Assembly: GCA_046563655.1 (NCBI GenBank)
Contig: JAJCTO010000010.1
Span: 930,001-994,000, forward strand
DNA: 64,000 nucleotides
DNA from: Yuukianura sp. NJ FZ-2021
Taxonomy: Eukaryota
Reading direction: 5' to 3'
The stretch's first letter is position 1. Every line of letters begins with the position of its first letter. Position numbers and translations under genes: made by a program. The notes beneath the pieces were generated by a model. That model made no database searches, was not told the origin of the DNA, and saw only the letters and a list, made by a program, of their open reading frames with translations. Below are positions 39,301 through 50,528 of the stretch, one piece after another.

Positions 39301-42147
39301 AGACATGCTTTCCTTATAAGCTGTCATTAATACGTTGCTATAAGTTTGAATAAGCGCCACACGGCGTTTAATCCCCCTGGTAACATTTTATATACCTCAG
39401 CTTTGCGTTTAAGATAAATATCGCAGAATTGGAATAAGAAGGCTGCTATTCAGAAATGTTTTTATCAGTTTTCTTTGAGCGCCTTCTGATTCCTATATTG
39501 CGAAAAATTTTTTAAACGCAAAGCTGAGTTATGTAAAATGTTACCAGGGCGATTAAACGCCGTGTGGCGTTTACTCAAACTTATAGCAACGTATTAGTTA
39601 CAGCTTAGTAGCAACAAATAGTTTATAGAAATTATCTCGCATAAAAATATTAAAGGAAAAAATGTCTGACGTATCGCCTTCTGATTCTTATCCTGCGATA
39701 TTCACCATAAACGCCAAGTTGAGGTATTAAAAGTATTACCAAGGATATTAAACGCCAAATGGCGTTTAATTGACCTGGTAAAACTTTATATGCTGTTGAA
39801 GTCTCAGCTTTGCGTTGAAGGAAAATATCGCGATATAGAAATGAGAAGGCGAGACGTCAGACATGCTTTCCTTATAAGCTGTCATTAATACGTTGCTATA
39901 AGTTTGAGTAAGCGCCACACGGCGTTTAACACCCCTGGTAACGTTTTCCATACCTCAGCTTTGCGTTTAAGAAAAATATCGCAAAATAGGAATAAGAAGG
40001 CTGCTAGTCAGAAATGTTTTTATCAGTTTTCTTTGAGCGCCTTCTGATTCCTATAATGCGACATTTTTTTTAAATGCAAAGCAGAGGTAGGTAAAATGTT
40101 ACCAGGGCGATTAAACGCCGTGTGGCGTTTCCTCAAACTTATAGCAACGTATTAGTTACAGCTCAGTAGCAACAAATAGTTTATAGAAATTATCTCGCAT
40201 AAAAATATTAAAGGAAAAAATGTCTGACGTATCGCCTTTTGATTCTTATCCTGCGATTTTCACCATAAACGCCAAGTTGAGGTATTAAAAGTATTACCAA
40301 GGATATTAAACGCCAAATGGCGTTTAATTGACCTGGTAAAACTTTATATGCTGTTGAAGTCTCAGCTTTGCGTTGAAGGAAAATATCGCAATATAGAAAT
40401 GAGAAGGCGAGACGTCAGACATGCTTTCCTTATAAGCTGTCATTAATACGTTGCTATAAGTTTGAGTAAGCGCCACACGGCGTTTAACACCCCTGGTAAC
40501 GTTTTCCATACCTCAGCTTTGCGTTTAAGAAAATATCGCAAAATAGGAATAAGAAGGCTGCTATTCAGAAATGTTTTTATCAGTTTTCTTTGAGCGCCTT
40601 CTGATTCCTATAATGCGACATTTTTTTTAAATGCAAAGCAGAGGTAGGTAAAATGTTACCAGGGCGATTAAACGCCGTGTGGCGTTTCCTCAAACTTATA
40701 GCAACGTATTAGTTACAGCTTAGTAGCAACAAATAGTTTATAGAAATTATCTCGCATAAAAATATTAAAGGAAAAAATGTCTGACGTATCGCCTTCTGAT
40801 TCTTATCCTGCGATATTCACCATAAACGCCAAGTTGAGGTATTAAAAGTATTACCAAGGATATTAAACGCCAAATGGCGTTTAATTGACCTGGTAAAACT
40901 TTATATGCTGTTGAAGTCTCAGCTTTGCGTTGAAGGAAAATATCGCGATATAGAAATGAGAAGGCGAGACGTCAGACATGCTTTCCTTATAAGCTGTCAT
41001 TAATACGTTGCTATAAGTTTGAGTAAGCGCCACACGGCGTTTAACACCCCTGGTAACGTTTTCCATACCTCAGCTTTGCGTTTAAGATAAATATCGCAGA
41101 ATTGGAATAAGAAGGCTGCTATTCAGAAATGTTTTTATCAGTTTTCTTTGAGCGCCTTCTGATTCCTATATTGCGACATTTTTTTTAAACGCAAAGCAGA
41201 GGTAGGTAAAATGTTACCAGGGCGATTAAACGCCGTGTGGCGTTTCCTCAAACTTATAGCAACGTATTAGTTACAGCTCAGTAGCAACAAATAGTTTATA
41301 GAAATTATCTCGCATAAAAATATTAAAGGAAAAAATGTCTGACGTATCGCCTTTTGATTCTTATCCTGCGATTTTCACCATAAACGCCAAGTTGAGGTAT
41401 TAAAAGTATTACCAAGGATATTAAACGCCAAATGGCGTTTAATTGACCTGGTAAAACTTTATATGCTGTTGAAGTCTCAGCTTTGCGTTGAAGGAAAATA
41501 TCGCAATATAGAAATGAGAAGGCGAGACGTCAGACATGCTTTCCTTATAAGCTGTCATTAATACGTTGCTATAAGTTTGAGAAAGCGCCACACGGCGTTT
41601 AATCCCCCTGGTAACATTTTATATACCTCAGCTTTGCGTTTAAGATAAATATCGCAGAATTGGAATAAGAAGGCTGCTATTCAGAAATGTTTTTATCAGT
41701 TTTCTTTGAGCGCCTTCTGATTCCTATAATGCGACATTTTTTTTAAATGCAAAGCAGAGGTAGGTAAAATGTTACCAGGGCGATTAAACGCCGTGTGGCG
41801 TTTCCTCAAACTTATAGCAACGTATTAGTTACAGCTTAGTAGCAACAAATAGTTTATAGAAATTATCTCGCATAAAAATATTAAAGGAAAAAATGTCTGA
41901 CGTATCGCCTTCTGATTCTTATCCTGCGATATTCACCATAAACGCCAAGTTGAGGTATTAAAAGTATTACCAAGGATATTAAACGCCAAATGGCGTTTAA
42001 TTGACCTGGTAAAACTTTATATGCTGTTGAAGTCTCAGCTTTGCGTTGAAGGAAAATATCGCAAAATAGGGATAAGAACGCTGCTAGTCAGAAGAGTTTT
42101 TATCAGTTTTCTTTGAGCGCCTTCTGATTCCTATAATGCGGTATTTT
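36322..42147. repeat. Satellite 1, block A: palindromic ~560-600 bp monomer
   Basis: Identical markers recur at 39766, 40324 and 40881 (558/557 bp). Each monomer consists of two imperfect inverted arms, and deletion variants are present. Confidence 0.95.
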
Positions 42148-45100
42148 GGTAATCGCTAACTAACGTAGCAGTTAACAGGGTGAGTTAACAGGGTGTCAAT
42201 TGAACAAATGTGGTGATGAGCTAATCATTGTGCTATAATCAATTGTGTAATCGTGTACTTTGTGTATTCTTGAATCTTTGGTCATGTCATTGTGTTTACT
42301 GGCAACAGTCATTGTCTAACTTATCGTGTGTGGCTCTTTTTGAGTAAAATTAATCAAAGTTGACAAACTGTTGACCAGGAAGGAAGCCAAAGAATCGTCT
42401 TTGGCCATGTCTGACCAAGAACAAGAGAGTAAGGTGGCTGCAGCAAAAGGTCAAGGTCAGGTCAAACCGACTGGCTCGAAATCAATGCTGAGCGTGTCAC
42501 TACCAAGTGTGGAGTCTGAAAACATGCAGAGGATGGTAAAAGCCATAAGAGGTTTCAACTTTGACCTCCAGTATTTTCAGCAAAAAGTGGAGGAGTACAG
42601 CACAACTCCCACCCTTGTATCCAAGCCCAGGATGGCGATGGAACGAAAGAAACTTGAAGGTTTTGAAACAAGGCTAAGTGAATTGCGCAGCGATGTGTAC
42701 ATGAACTGCGACGACGAAACGCAAATACGCGCGCAGGCTGCGGAATTAAATGTGTGTGATAAGTTTTTAGATGCAATTAATCTGAAATTGATTTCTTTTG
42801 AGTCCCAGGTCAGTGGAGGCTCAGCATCTGCAAAAATGAAAGTGAACATGCCGAAGTTGGAACTGCCAACTTTCAGCGGCAAATACGAAGACTGGCTTTC
42901 GTACAAGGATTTGATCATGACGTACATTGTCAACAATCCTGATTTGACTGGAAGCCAGAAGTTGGGCTATCTTCAACCTACACTGAAGGGTGAGGCTGAA
43001 GACGCACTGAAGTACTTCGATTTGAGCAATGGGACTTTTGAAGAGGCATGGGACAGCCTCAAAGAGCGGTATGAAAATCCGCGACAAATTGTATTTTCAT
43101 TTTTGAAAAACATTGTTCATTTTAAACCCATTCAAAATGAGTCCGCACAAGCATTGAGAAAGTTGCTTGACGTGTTTAATCAGTCCATCAGGTCACTTCA
43201 GGTGTTGAAGGAGCCTGTGGACAAGTGGGACTCTTTTTTGATTTTTTTGATTTTAGAGAAAGTCTCCAGTGAAACGAAACGTGAGTGGACCCGCCATTTT
43301 AAAGGTACACAGATGCCAAAATTTAGCGAGGTCAAGGACTTTCTGGAAGATCATCTCCGTGGGTTGAATGTCGGCTCAGAAAAATCAAGTCACAGTGAGA
43401 AAAAGACTGCTGACAAACCCACAGAGAAGAAATCACATCAATCGTCCTCTAAAGTCGCGTGTCCAAAATGCGCAGGAGAACATTCATTGTTCAAATGTGA
43501 ACAGTTCAACTCCATGGCAGTCGACGAAAGTGAGAAACTTGTAAAGTCAAAAAATTTGTGTTTTTGCTGTCTTAGGAGTGGTCACGGTGAGAGCAAGTGT
43601 ACTTCGAAATTTAAATGTGGTAAATGTCAAAAACGACATAACACACTGCTCCAATACGACCGAAAACCAAGGGCTCAAACCGTGGACACAAAGGAGGAGA
43701 AACCCTCTACTTCAACCACAGCATTGTACTGTTCCAGTACTCGTGTGATTTTGGCTACTGCTGTGGTGAGTGTCATGGACTCATTTGGTGATTACCAAAA
43801 TTGTCGTGTGTTGTTGGACCAAGGTTCAGAGTCCAACTTCATTTCAAATTCGTGTGTCAAAAAATTGGGTCTTAAAAAACATCGTGCTAATGTGACCATT
43901 ACAGGCATTTCAGGTACCAAGGTCGAGAGAGCACTGGGAGAGACTAACTTTTGTGTCAAATCCAGGTTTAACAATTTTGAGCTTAATGTTTGTGCTCTAG
44001 TTTTGAACAAAGTTACAGGTTCTCTGCCCTCGTTCCTTGTCACAAACACTGATTGGCCACATTTGAAAAATTTGGAACTGGCAGATCCTGCCTATCTTCA
44101 GCCCAGCGATGTGGACATTCTACTCGGCAGTGAATTTGTGGCCCGTTTGAAGACTGGAAAGAAGGTCCAGAGTAGCCTAAGTCTTCCCATCGCTGAGGAA
44201 ACTGAATTTGGGTGGGTCATATCTGGCCCGGTAAGCTCCACAAAAAATGTAAGTGTCAATTTCTGTACTTCTGTGTGTGAGTCATATGTCAAAAAATTTA
44301 GGGAACTTGAGAGTGTCCCAATCCGACCAGTGTACACTCAAGAGGAGTCACTGGCAGAACAACATTTTGTGTCCAACCACTCCAGGACTGAGAGTGGAAG
44401 ATATGTGGTAAAACTACCATTCAAAACCGATTGTGTCAAATTGGGCTCGTCACGTGACATGGCCGTGAGCAGGTTGATGGGTATCGAGAAACGATTACTA
44501 AAATTCCCTCAACACAAAGAGGAGTACCATCAATTCATGAGAAAATACCAAGAACTTGGCCACATGAGCGCAGTGACCAAGTCGGAGGAGGGTGAGGTCA
44601 TAGGAGTGACAAACTACTTGCCCCATCACTTTGTGTTAAAAGACACGAGTACCACTACCAAACTACGAGTGGTTTTTGACGGTTCTGCGAAAACATCGAA
44701 TAATGTGTCTTTGAATGATTGTCTGTTAGTTGGTCCTACCATTCAAACTGATATTTTTTCTCATTTGTTGTTTTTTAGGTCAAAACCAATTGCACTTAAG
44801 GCAGACATCGTTAAGATGTACCGTCAATTCCTCGTGGACAAAAGTGACCAGAGAAAACAAAGGACACTCTGGAGACAAACACCAAGTGATGAAATTGCTG
44901 AATTCGAACTCAAAACGGTGACATACGGCACAAGCTCCGCCCCATTTCATGCCGTCAGATGCCTCCAGCAACTCGCAGAAGACGAGAAGGCTAAACTTCC
45001 CATGGCTGCTGAGGTTTTAAAGTCAAATTTTTACGTGGACGATCTGATGGGAGGAGCTAACAGTGTCGACGAGGCCAATCAACTCGTGACGGAACTAGAA

Positions 45101-48100
45101 GGACTTTTACGTCATGGTTGCATTCAAATTTCGAAGTGGGACTCGAATTCGAAAGAGGTTCTAAAGTCCATTCCTAAGGTAAACCGTGGAAAAAATGACG
45201 TAATTACATGTGATGCAGATTTTGACAGAGTTCTAGGTGTTTGTTGGGACAGTGGAGGTGATTACTTTCACTTCAAGGGTTACACTCCAAAACAAGTGGG
45301 CGTGGTTACAAAGAGGACAGTCTTGTCGACTATGTCCAAGGTTTTTGACCCACTTGGTTTTTTGTCCCCCCTAACAGTCAAAATCAAAGTTTATTTTCAG
45401 GTCTTGTGGTCACCAGTACAGGGAAAAGAAAATGGAATCTTGTCATGGGACGATGAGATTCCCCCTGACTTAGTCGGACAATGGCATGATTATGTCAGAA
45501 GTGTCCATGAAATTAAAAGTCTAACCATTCCCAGGTTTTTATTATATTTTCCAGGAATCATCGAAATTCATGGATTTAGTGACGCCTCGGAACTTGCATA
45601 CTGTGCGGTAGTGTACATCCGATCAATTCAGAGGAATGGTGGAGTCACTACTAACATTGTTGCTTCAAAGACAAAAGTGGCTCCGATGAAGCAGATAAGT
45701 CTCCCCAGACTTGAACTTTGCGGTGCTCTACTTTTGGCAAAACTATTTCCGAAAGTCATGGAAGCAACTCGACTACAATGTCCCATCATGGCCTGGACTG
45801 ACAGTGAAACAGTCCTAAAATGGCTAAGGAACACAAGTCGTAAGTTTGTCACGTTTGTTGCTAATCGTGTTTCAGAAATCCAAGAGGTACTTCCAGTCAG
45901 TTCGTGGAATTTCGTTCCTGGAATGGACAATCCAGCTGACCTTGGTACTCGTGGAATTTCTGCTGAGGAACTCGTAAGTTCTAAATTGTGGTGGTGTGGC
46001 CCAGAGTGGCTAAAAAATGTAGATTTACCAGTGTTTGAGTCAGTTGGGAAAGTAAGTGAGCCCTCTGAACTTCTGGAATTACGAAAGGTAAAGGTGAATT
46101 TGGCCATAATTGATCGTGACATGATGAAAAGATTTTCAAATTATGTTAGGCTTAACCGTGCAGTGGCATATGCCATTAGATTTGTTTCCAATTGCAGGAA
46201 TTTGAAACAGGGGGAGAGGCTTACTGGTGACTTGTCAGTCGAAGAAACTGACCGAGCCTTCCTCATCTGCATCAAAGTAGTACAAGAAGACGACTACAAC
46301 GATGACATAATGGCCCTGAAGAAGAACAATCGAGTGGACAAGGGAAGTGCACTGGAATCACTAAATCCGTTCCTTGACAGTCATGGAGTCATGCGTGTTG
46401 GAGGTAGACTCCAAAAGTCAGACCTACCAAGTGACCAGTGCCATCCCATCATTTTATCAGGTCATAATCATTTCACCAAAATCATGGTAAGGTATTTCCA
46501 CCATTTTTACTTACATGCCAATTACCAGTTGTTGTGGGCAAACTTGTCCAAACGATTTTGGATCGTGCGTGCTCGAGTCACAATTCGTCAGGTGGTCAGA
46601 GACTGCCTGAAGTGCAAAAAACTACGAGCCAGAGCCAGTGAACAATTGATGGGATCACTACCAAAGGCGAGAGTAACTCCATCTCCGCCATTCACACACT
46701 GTGGTGTCGACTACGCAGGTCCAATTAAGCTGCAGGAAAAATATGGGCGTGGTAAAAGGCAGTTTGATGCCTATTTTTGTGTATTTGTCTGTTTTGCGAC
46801 ACGGGCAATCCATTTGGAACCCGTGACAGACTTGACCACGGCAGCGTTCATTGCGACTTTAAAAAGATTTATCTCCAGACGTGGACTCGTGACTGAAATT
46901 CATTCTGATTGTGGCAAAAACTTCGTTGGAGCAGCCAACGAAATGAAAGAATGGATAAAAATTATTCATGATTCTAAAATATCCGATTTTTTATGTGTTT
47001 CAGGGATACAATGGAAATTTATCCCCCCTGATGCCCCACACATGGGTGGACTTTGGGAATCTGGAGTAAAATCGGCAAAGTACCACCTCAGGAGAGTGGT
47101 TGGAACCACAACTTTGACCTTGGAGGAATTCCATACGCTCCTGACAATGGTGGAGGCAGTCCTCAACTCAAGGCCGATTTGTGCAAAATCTCGTGACCCC
47201 GATGACGTTGAAGCGCTGACTCCAGGCCACTTTCTCATTGGGAAGCCACTACTCGCCATTCCATTGGCCGAAATAAAAGAAAACCGACTGTCGAGATGGC
47301 AACGTGTCCAACAGATGTCGGAGCATTTCTGGAATCGCTGGAAGAAAGAATATTTGAATCTACTCCAGCAGCGTAACAAATGGCGAAACGAATCCGAAAA
47401 TGTGAAAACTGGTGATCTCGTCCTAATCAAAGACGACGATACTCCACCGCTGAAGTGGAAACTCGCCAGAATTACCAAAACATTCCCTGGAGAAGACAAT
47501 TTGGTTCGTTCTGTGGAAGTGACTTACAAGACGACAGAAATCGACAAGAAAGGTCAATCCAAAGTTAAGGATCATGTGTTTCTGCGTCCAATTGTGAAAA
47601 TTGTGAAACTACTCGAGCGAGAGTAGCGTAAGTCTAGGGAACTTGTGTAAATAGTGTTAAAATTTAAAATCATTTAAGTGTTAATTTCAAAAATATTTAT
47701 TGATTTATTTTAGAACTTTAAAATTTTGGGTTAAAGTTAGCTTTAAAATCATAAGTGTTAAGTAGCTTTTTCAAGCTATCAAAACATAGGTGTTGAGTTA
47801 GGATTAGTTTCTAAGTCCTATCTCTTTCCAAAATTTAAATTAGGGGTAAATATCACTTGCCGAAACACCTTCCGTTTGAGTAGAGTAATCACTAAACGTA
47901 AGGTGACTTAATTTTGGATGTGTGACTGTGTGGGTGATCTTTTGTGTTCTGATCTACTGGTAGGGTCCAGTAAACGGCAAAATCCAGCCTGAGCAACTGG
48001 AAGAAGGCTTGGTCCACCTTCAGCCACCGAATCCAGTAGCATCGGAGCACCCTTCAATTTTTCAATTTGTGTATAACTAAACTTAGTCACCATTTTTCTT

Positions 48101-48235
48101 TTGTATTTTTTAAAAATTGAATGACTCAGTCATTCAATGGAGGGCGGTGTTTTGGCATTTGAGACGCTTCTCAACAGGGAAGCGCCAATTTCAAACTGTC
48201 GAAATTGTTATGATATATAGTACAGCAAAAGTACT
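42148..48235 (+). mobile_element. BEL/Pao LTR retrotransposon lacking its 5' LTR, with truncated 3' LTR
   Basis: Intact single ORF; PPT-like GGAGGGCGG then TGTT at 48148; satellite resumes about 90 bp later. Confidence 0.88.
42407..47626 (+). CDS. BEL/Pao Gag-Pol polyprotein
   Basis: PKLELPTFSG gag, three Cys/His knuckles, LLDQGSESNF protease, YVDD RT, HGFSDASELAY RNase H, integrase VDYAGP/HSDCG/WESGVK. First ATG at 42407. Confidence 0.95.
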   Translation: MSDQEQESKVAAAKGQGQVKPTGSKSMLSVSLPSVESENMQRMVKAIRGFNFDLQYFQQKVEEYSTTPTLVSKPRMAMERKKLEGFETRLSELRSDVYMNCDDETQIRAQAAELNVCDKFLDAINLKLISFESQVSGGSASAKMKVNMPKLELPTFSGKYEDWLSYKDLIMTYIVNNPDLTGSQKLGYLQPTLKGEAEDALKYFDLSNGTFEEAWDSLKERYENPRQIVFSFLKNIVHFKPIQNESAQALRKLLDVFNQSIRSLQVLKEPVDKWDSFLIFLILEKVSSETKREWTRHFKGTQMPKFSEVKDFLEDHLRGLNVGSEKSSHSEKKTADKPTEKKSHQSSSKVACPKCAGEHSLFKCEQFNSMAVDESEKLVKSKNLCFCCLRSGHGESKCTSKFKCGKCQKRHNTLLQYDRKPRAQTVDTKEEKPSTSTTALYCSSTRVILATAVVSVMDSFGDYQNCRVLLDQGSESNFISNSCVKKLGLKKHRANVTITGISGTKVERALGETNFCVKSRFNNFELNVCALVLNKVTGSLPSFLVTNTDWPHLKNLELADPAYLQPSDVDILLGSEFVARLKTGKKVQSSLSLPIAEETEFGWVISGPVSSTKNVSVNFCTSVCESYVKKFRELESVPIRPVYTQEESLAEQHFVSNHSRTESGRYVVKLPFKTDCVKLGSSRDMAVSRLMGIEKRLLKFPQHKEEYHQFMRKYQELGHMSAVTKSEEGEVIGVTNYLPHHFVLKDTSTTTKLRVVFDGSAKTSNNVSLNDCLLVGPTIQTDIFSHLLFFRSKPIALKADIVKMYRQFLVDKSDQRKQRTLWRQTPSDEIAEFELKTVTYGTSSAPFHAVRCLQQLAEDEKAKLPMAAEVLKSNFYVDDLMGGANSVDEANQLVTELEGLLRHGCIQISKWDSNSKEVLKSIPKVNRGKNDVITCDADFDRVLGVCWDSGGDYFHFKGYTPKQVGVVTKRTVLSTMSKVFDPLGFLSPLTVKIKVYFQVLWSPVQGKENGILSWDDEIPPDLVGQWHDYVRSVHEIKSLTIPRFLLYFPGIIEIHGFSDASELAYCAVVYIRSIQRNGGVTTNIVASKTKVAPMKQISLPRLELCGALLLAKLFPKVMEATRLQCPIMAWTDSETVLKWLRNTSRKFVTFVANRVSEIQEVLPVSSWNFVPGMDNPADLGTRGISAEELVSSKLWWCGPEWLKNVDLPVFESVGKVSEPSELLELRKVKVNLAIIDRDMMKRFSNYVRLNRAVAYAIRFVSNCRNLKQGERLTGDLSVEETDRAFLICIKVVQEDDYNDDIMALKKNNRVDKGSALESLNPFLDSHGVMRVGGRLQKSDLPSDQCHPIILSGHNHFTKIMVRYFHHFYLHANYQLLWANLSKRFWIVRARVTIRQVVRDCLKCKKLRARASEQLMGSLPKARVTPSPPFTHCGVDYAGPIKLQEKYGRGKRQFDAYFCVFVCFATRAIHLEPVTDLTTAAFIATLKRFISRRGLVTEIHSDCGKNFVGAANEMKEWIKIIHDSKISDFLCVSGIQWKFIPPDAPHMGGLWESGVKSAKYHLRRVVGTTTLTLEEFHTLLTMVEAVLNSRPICAKSRDPDDVEALTPGHFLIGKPLLAIPLAEIKENRLSRWQRVQQMSEHFWNRWKKEYLNLLQQRNKWRNESENVKTGDLVLIKDDDTPPLKWKLARITKTFPGEDNLVRSVEVTYKTTEIDKKGQSKVKDHVFLRPIVKIVKLLERE

Positions 48236-49642
48236 AAAATATCGCAAAATAGGAATAAGAAGGCTGCTAGTCAGAAGAGTTTTTATCAGTTTTCTTTGAG
48301 CGCCTTCTGATTCCTATAATGCGACATTTTTTTTAAATGCAAAGCAGAGGTAGGTAAAATGTTACCAGGGCGATTAAACGCCGTGTGGCGTTTCCTCAAA
48401 CTTATAGCAACGTATTAGTTACAGCTTAGTAGCAACAAATAGTTTATAGAAATTATCTCGCATAAAAATATTAAAGGAAAAAATGTCTGACGTATCGCCT
48501 TCTGATTCTTATCCTGCGATATTCACCATAAACGCCAAGTTGAGGTATTAAAAGTATTACCAAGGATATTAAACGCCAAATGGCGTTTAATTGACCTGGT
48601 AAAACTTTATATGCTGTTGAAATCTCAGCTTTGCGTTGAAGGAAATTATCGCAAAATAGAAATGAGAAGGCGAGACGTCAGACATGCTTTCCTTTAATGC
48701 TTGTTAGCGAGATAATTTGCAAAAGTTATTTGTTGCTTATAAGCTGTCATTAATACGTTGCTATAAGTTTGAGTAAGCGCCACACGGCGTTTAACACCCC
48801 TGGTAACGTTTTCCATACCTCAGCTTTGCGTTTAAGAAAAATATCGCAAAATAGGAATAAGAACGCTGCTAGTCAGAAGAGTTTTTATCAGTTTTCTTTG
48901 AGCGCCTTCTGATTCCTATAATGCGACATTTTTTTAAATGCAAAGCAGAGGTAGGTAAAATGTTATCAGGGCGATTAAACGCCGTGTGGCGTTTCCTCAA
49001 ACTTATAGCAACGTATTAGTTACAGCTTAGTAGCAACAAATAGTTTATAGAAATTATCTCGCATAAAAATGTTAAAGGAAAAAATGTCTGACGTATCGCC
49101 TTCTGATTCTTATCCTGCGATATTCACCATAAACGCCAAGTTGAGGTATTAAAAGTATTACCAAGGATATTAAACGCCAAATGGCGTTTAATTGACCTGG
49201 TAAAAGTTTATATGCTGTTGAAATCTCAGCTTTGCGTTGAAGGAAATTATCGCAAAATAGAAATGAGAAGGCGAGACGTCAGACATGCTTTCCTTTAATG
49301 CTTGTAAGCGAGATAATTTGCAAAAATCATTTGTTGCTGATAAGCTGTCATTGATACGTTGCTATAAGTTTGAGTAAGCGCCACACGGCGTTTAACACCC
49401 CTGGTAACGTTTTCCATACCTCAGCTTTGCGTTTAAGAAAAATATCGCAAAATAGGAATAAGAACGCTGCTAGTCAGAAGAGTTTTTATCAGTGTTCTTT
49501 GAGCGCCTTCTGATTCCTATAATGCGACATTTTTTTTAAATGCAAAGCAGAGGTAGGTAAAATGTCACCAGGGCGATTAAACGCCGTGTGGCGCTTCCTC
49601 AAACTTATAGCAACGTATTAGTTACAGCTTAGTAGCAACAAA

Positions 49643-50528
49643 TCTACTTATATAAAATCGAGACCCTGTTTATCTGTGTGTTTGTCCTGCTACTCCTCTG
49701 AAACTACTGAACCGATTTGGACAAATGAGGTGTCCTTTTCTTCGTGAGGTCATCCCGAAGAGCGTGGGCTATGTCACATCTTGACCTGTGACCTTTGACC
49801 CTTGACCTAGCGCGATGACCTCACAAAATCATACCAAACACAGGCAAGTGACATAGCGTTCGAAAGCAGAGGTCAAATGCAGTCGATTGATGTATGACAC
49901 ATTGACATGTGACCTTTGACCCTTGACCCAGAGCGGTGACCTCTCACAGAATTAAACCAAATACAGGCAAGTGACATGTCATTATAAAGCAGAGGTCAAA
50001 TGCAGTCGATTGACGTATGAAATATTGACCTATGACCTTTGACCATTGACCCGGAGCGATGAACCCTCATAGAAAAACCAAACACAGGCAAGTGACATGT
50101 CACTCGAAAGCAGATGTCAAATGCTGATGATTGATGTATGAAATATTTATCTGTGGCTTTTAATCTTTGATCTATGGCAGTGACCCCATAAGAAGTACAC
50201 ACAAACATAGGCCGGTGATATATCATTCGAAAGAGGCGGTCAAATAGACTCGGTTAACGTATGGCGCGTTAATTTTGTGTAGCACCAAACAGAGTTAAGT
50301 AACACAGTTTTATTTGTTGTCTCTAATGTTAAACATTAATTGGATGGAGGGGTAGTTTTCCGCCTGGACAAAGGGTAGGGTAGGATATTTTCATAAAAAT
50401 AATCCAAGCGGGTCAGCATGTATCTCAAATGAGTAGCGGGTTCCCAAAACTGATACGTTTTTCTATGTGTGTTCGTATACACTACCACAAAAGCTAGCCC
50501 CGCTTTCACAAGCGGGTATCATACCTTG
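49643..50528 (+). mobile_element. Non-autonomous Helitron-like element, copy 1 (886 bp)
   Basis: Inserted at A|T with no TSD; 5' TC; 3' hairpin CCCGCTT-tcac-AAGCGGG then CTTG; internal ~120-bp subrepeats. Confidence 0.82.
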
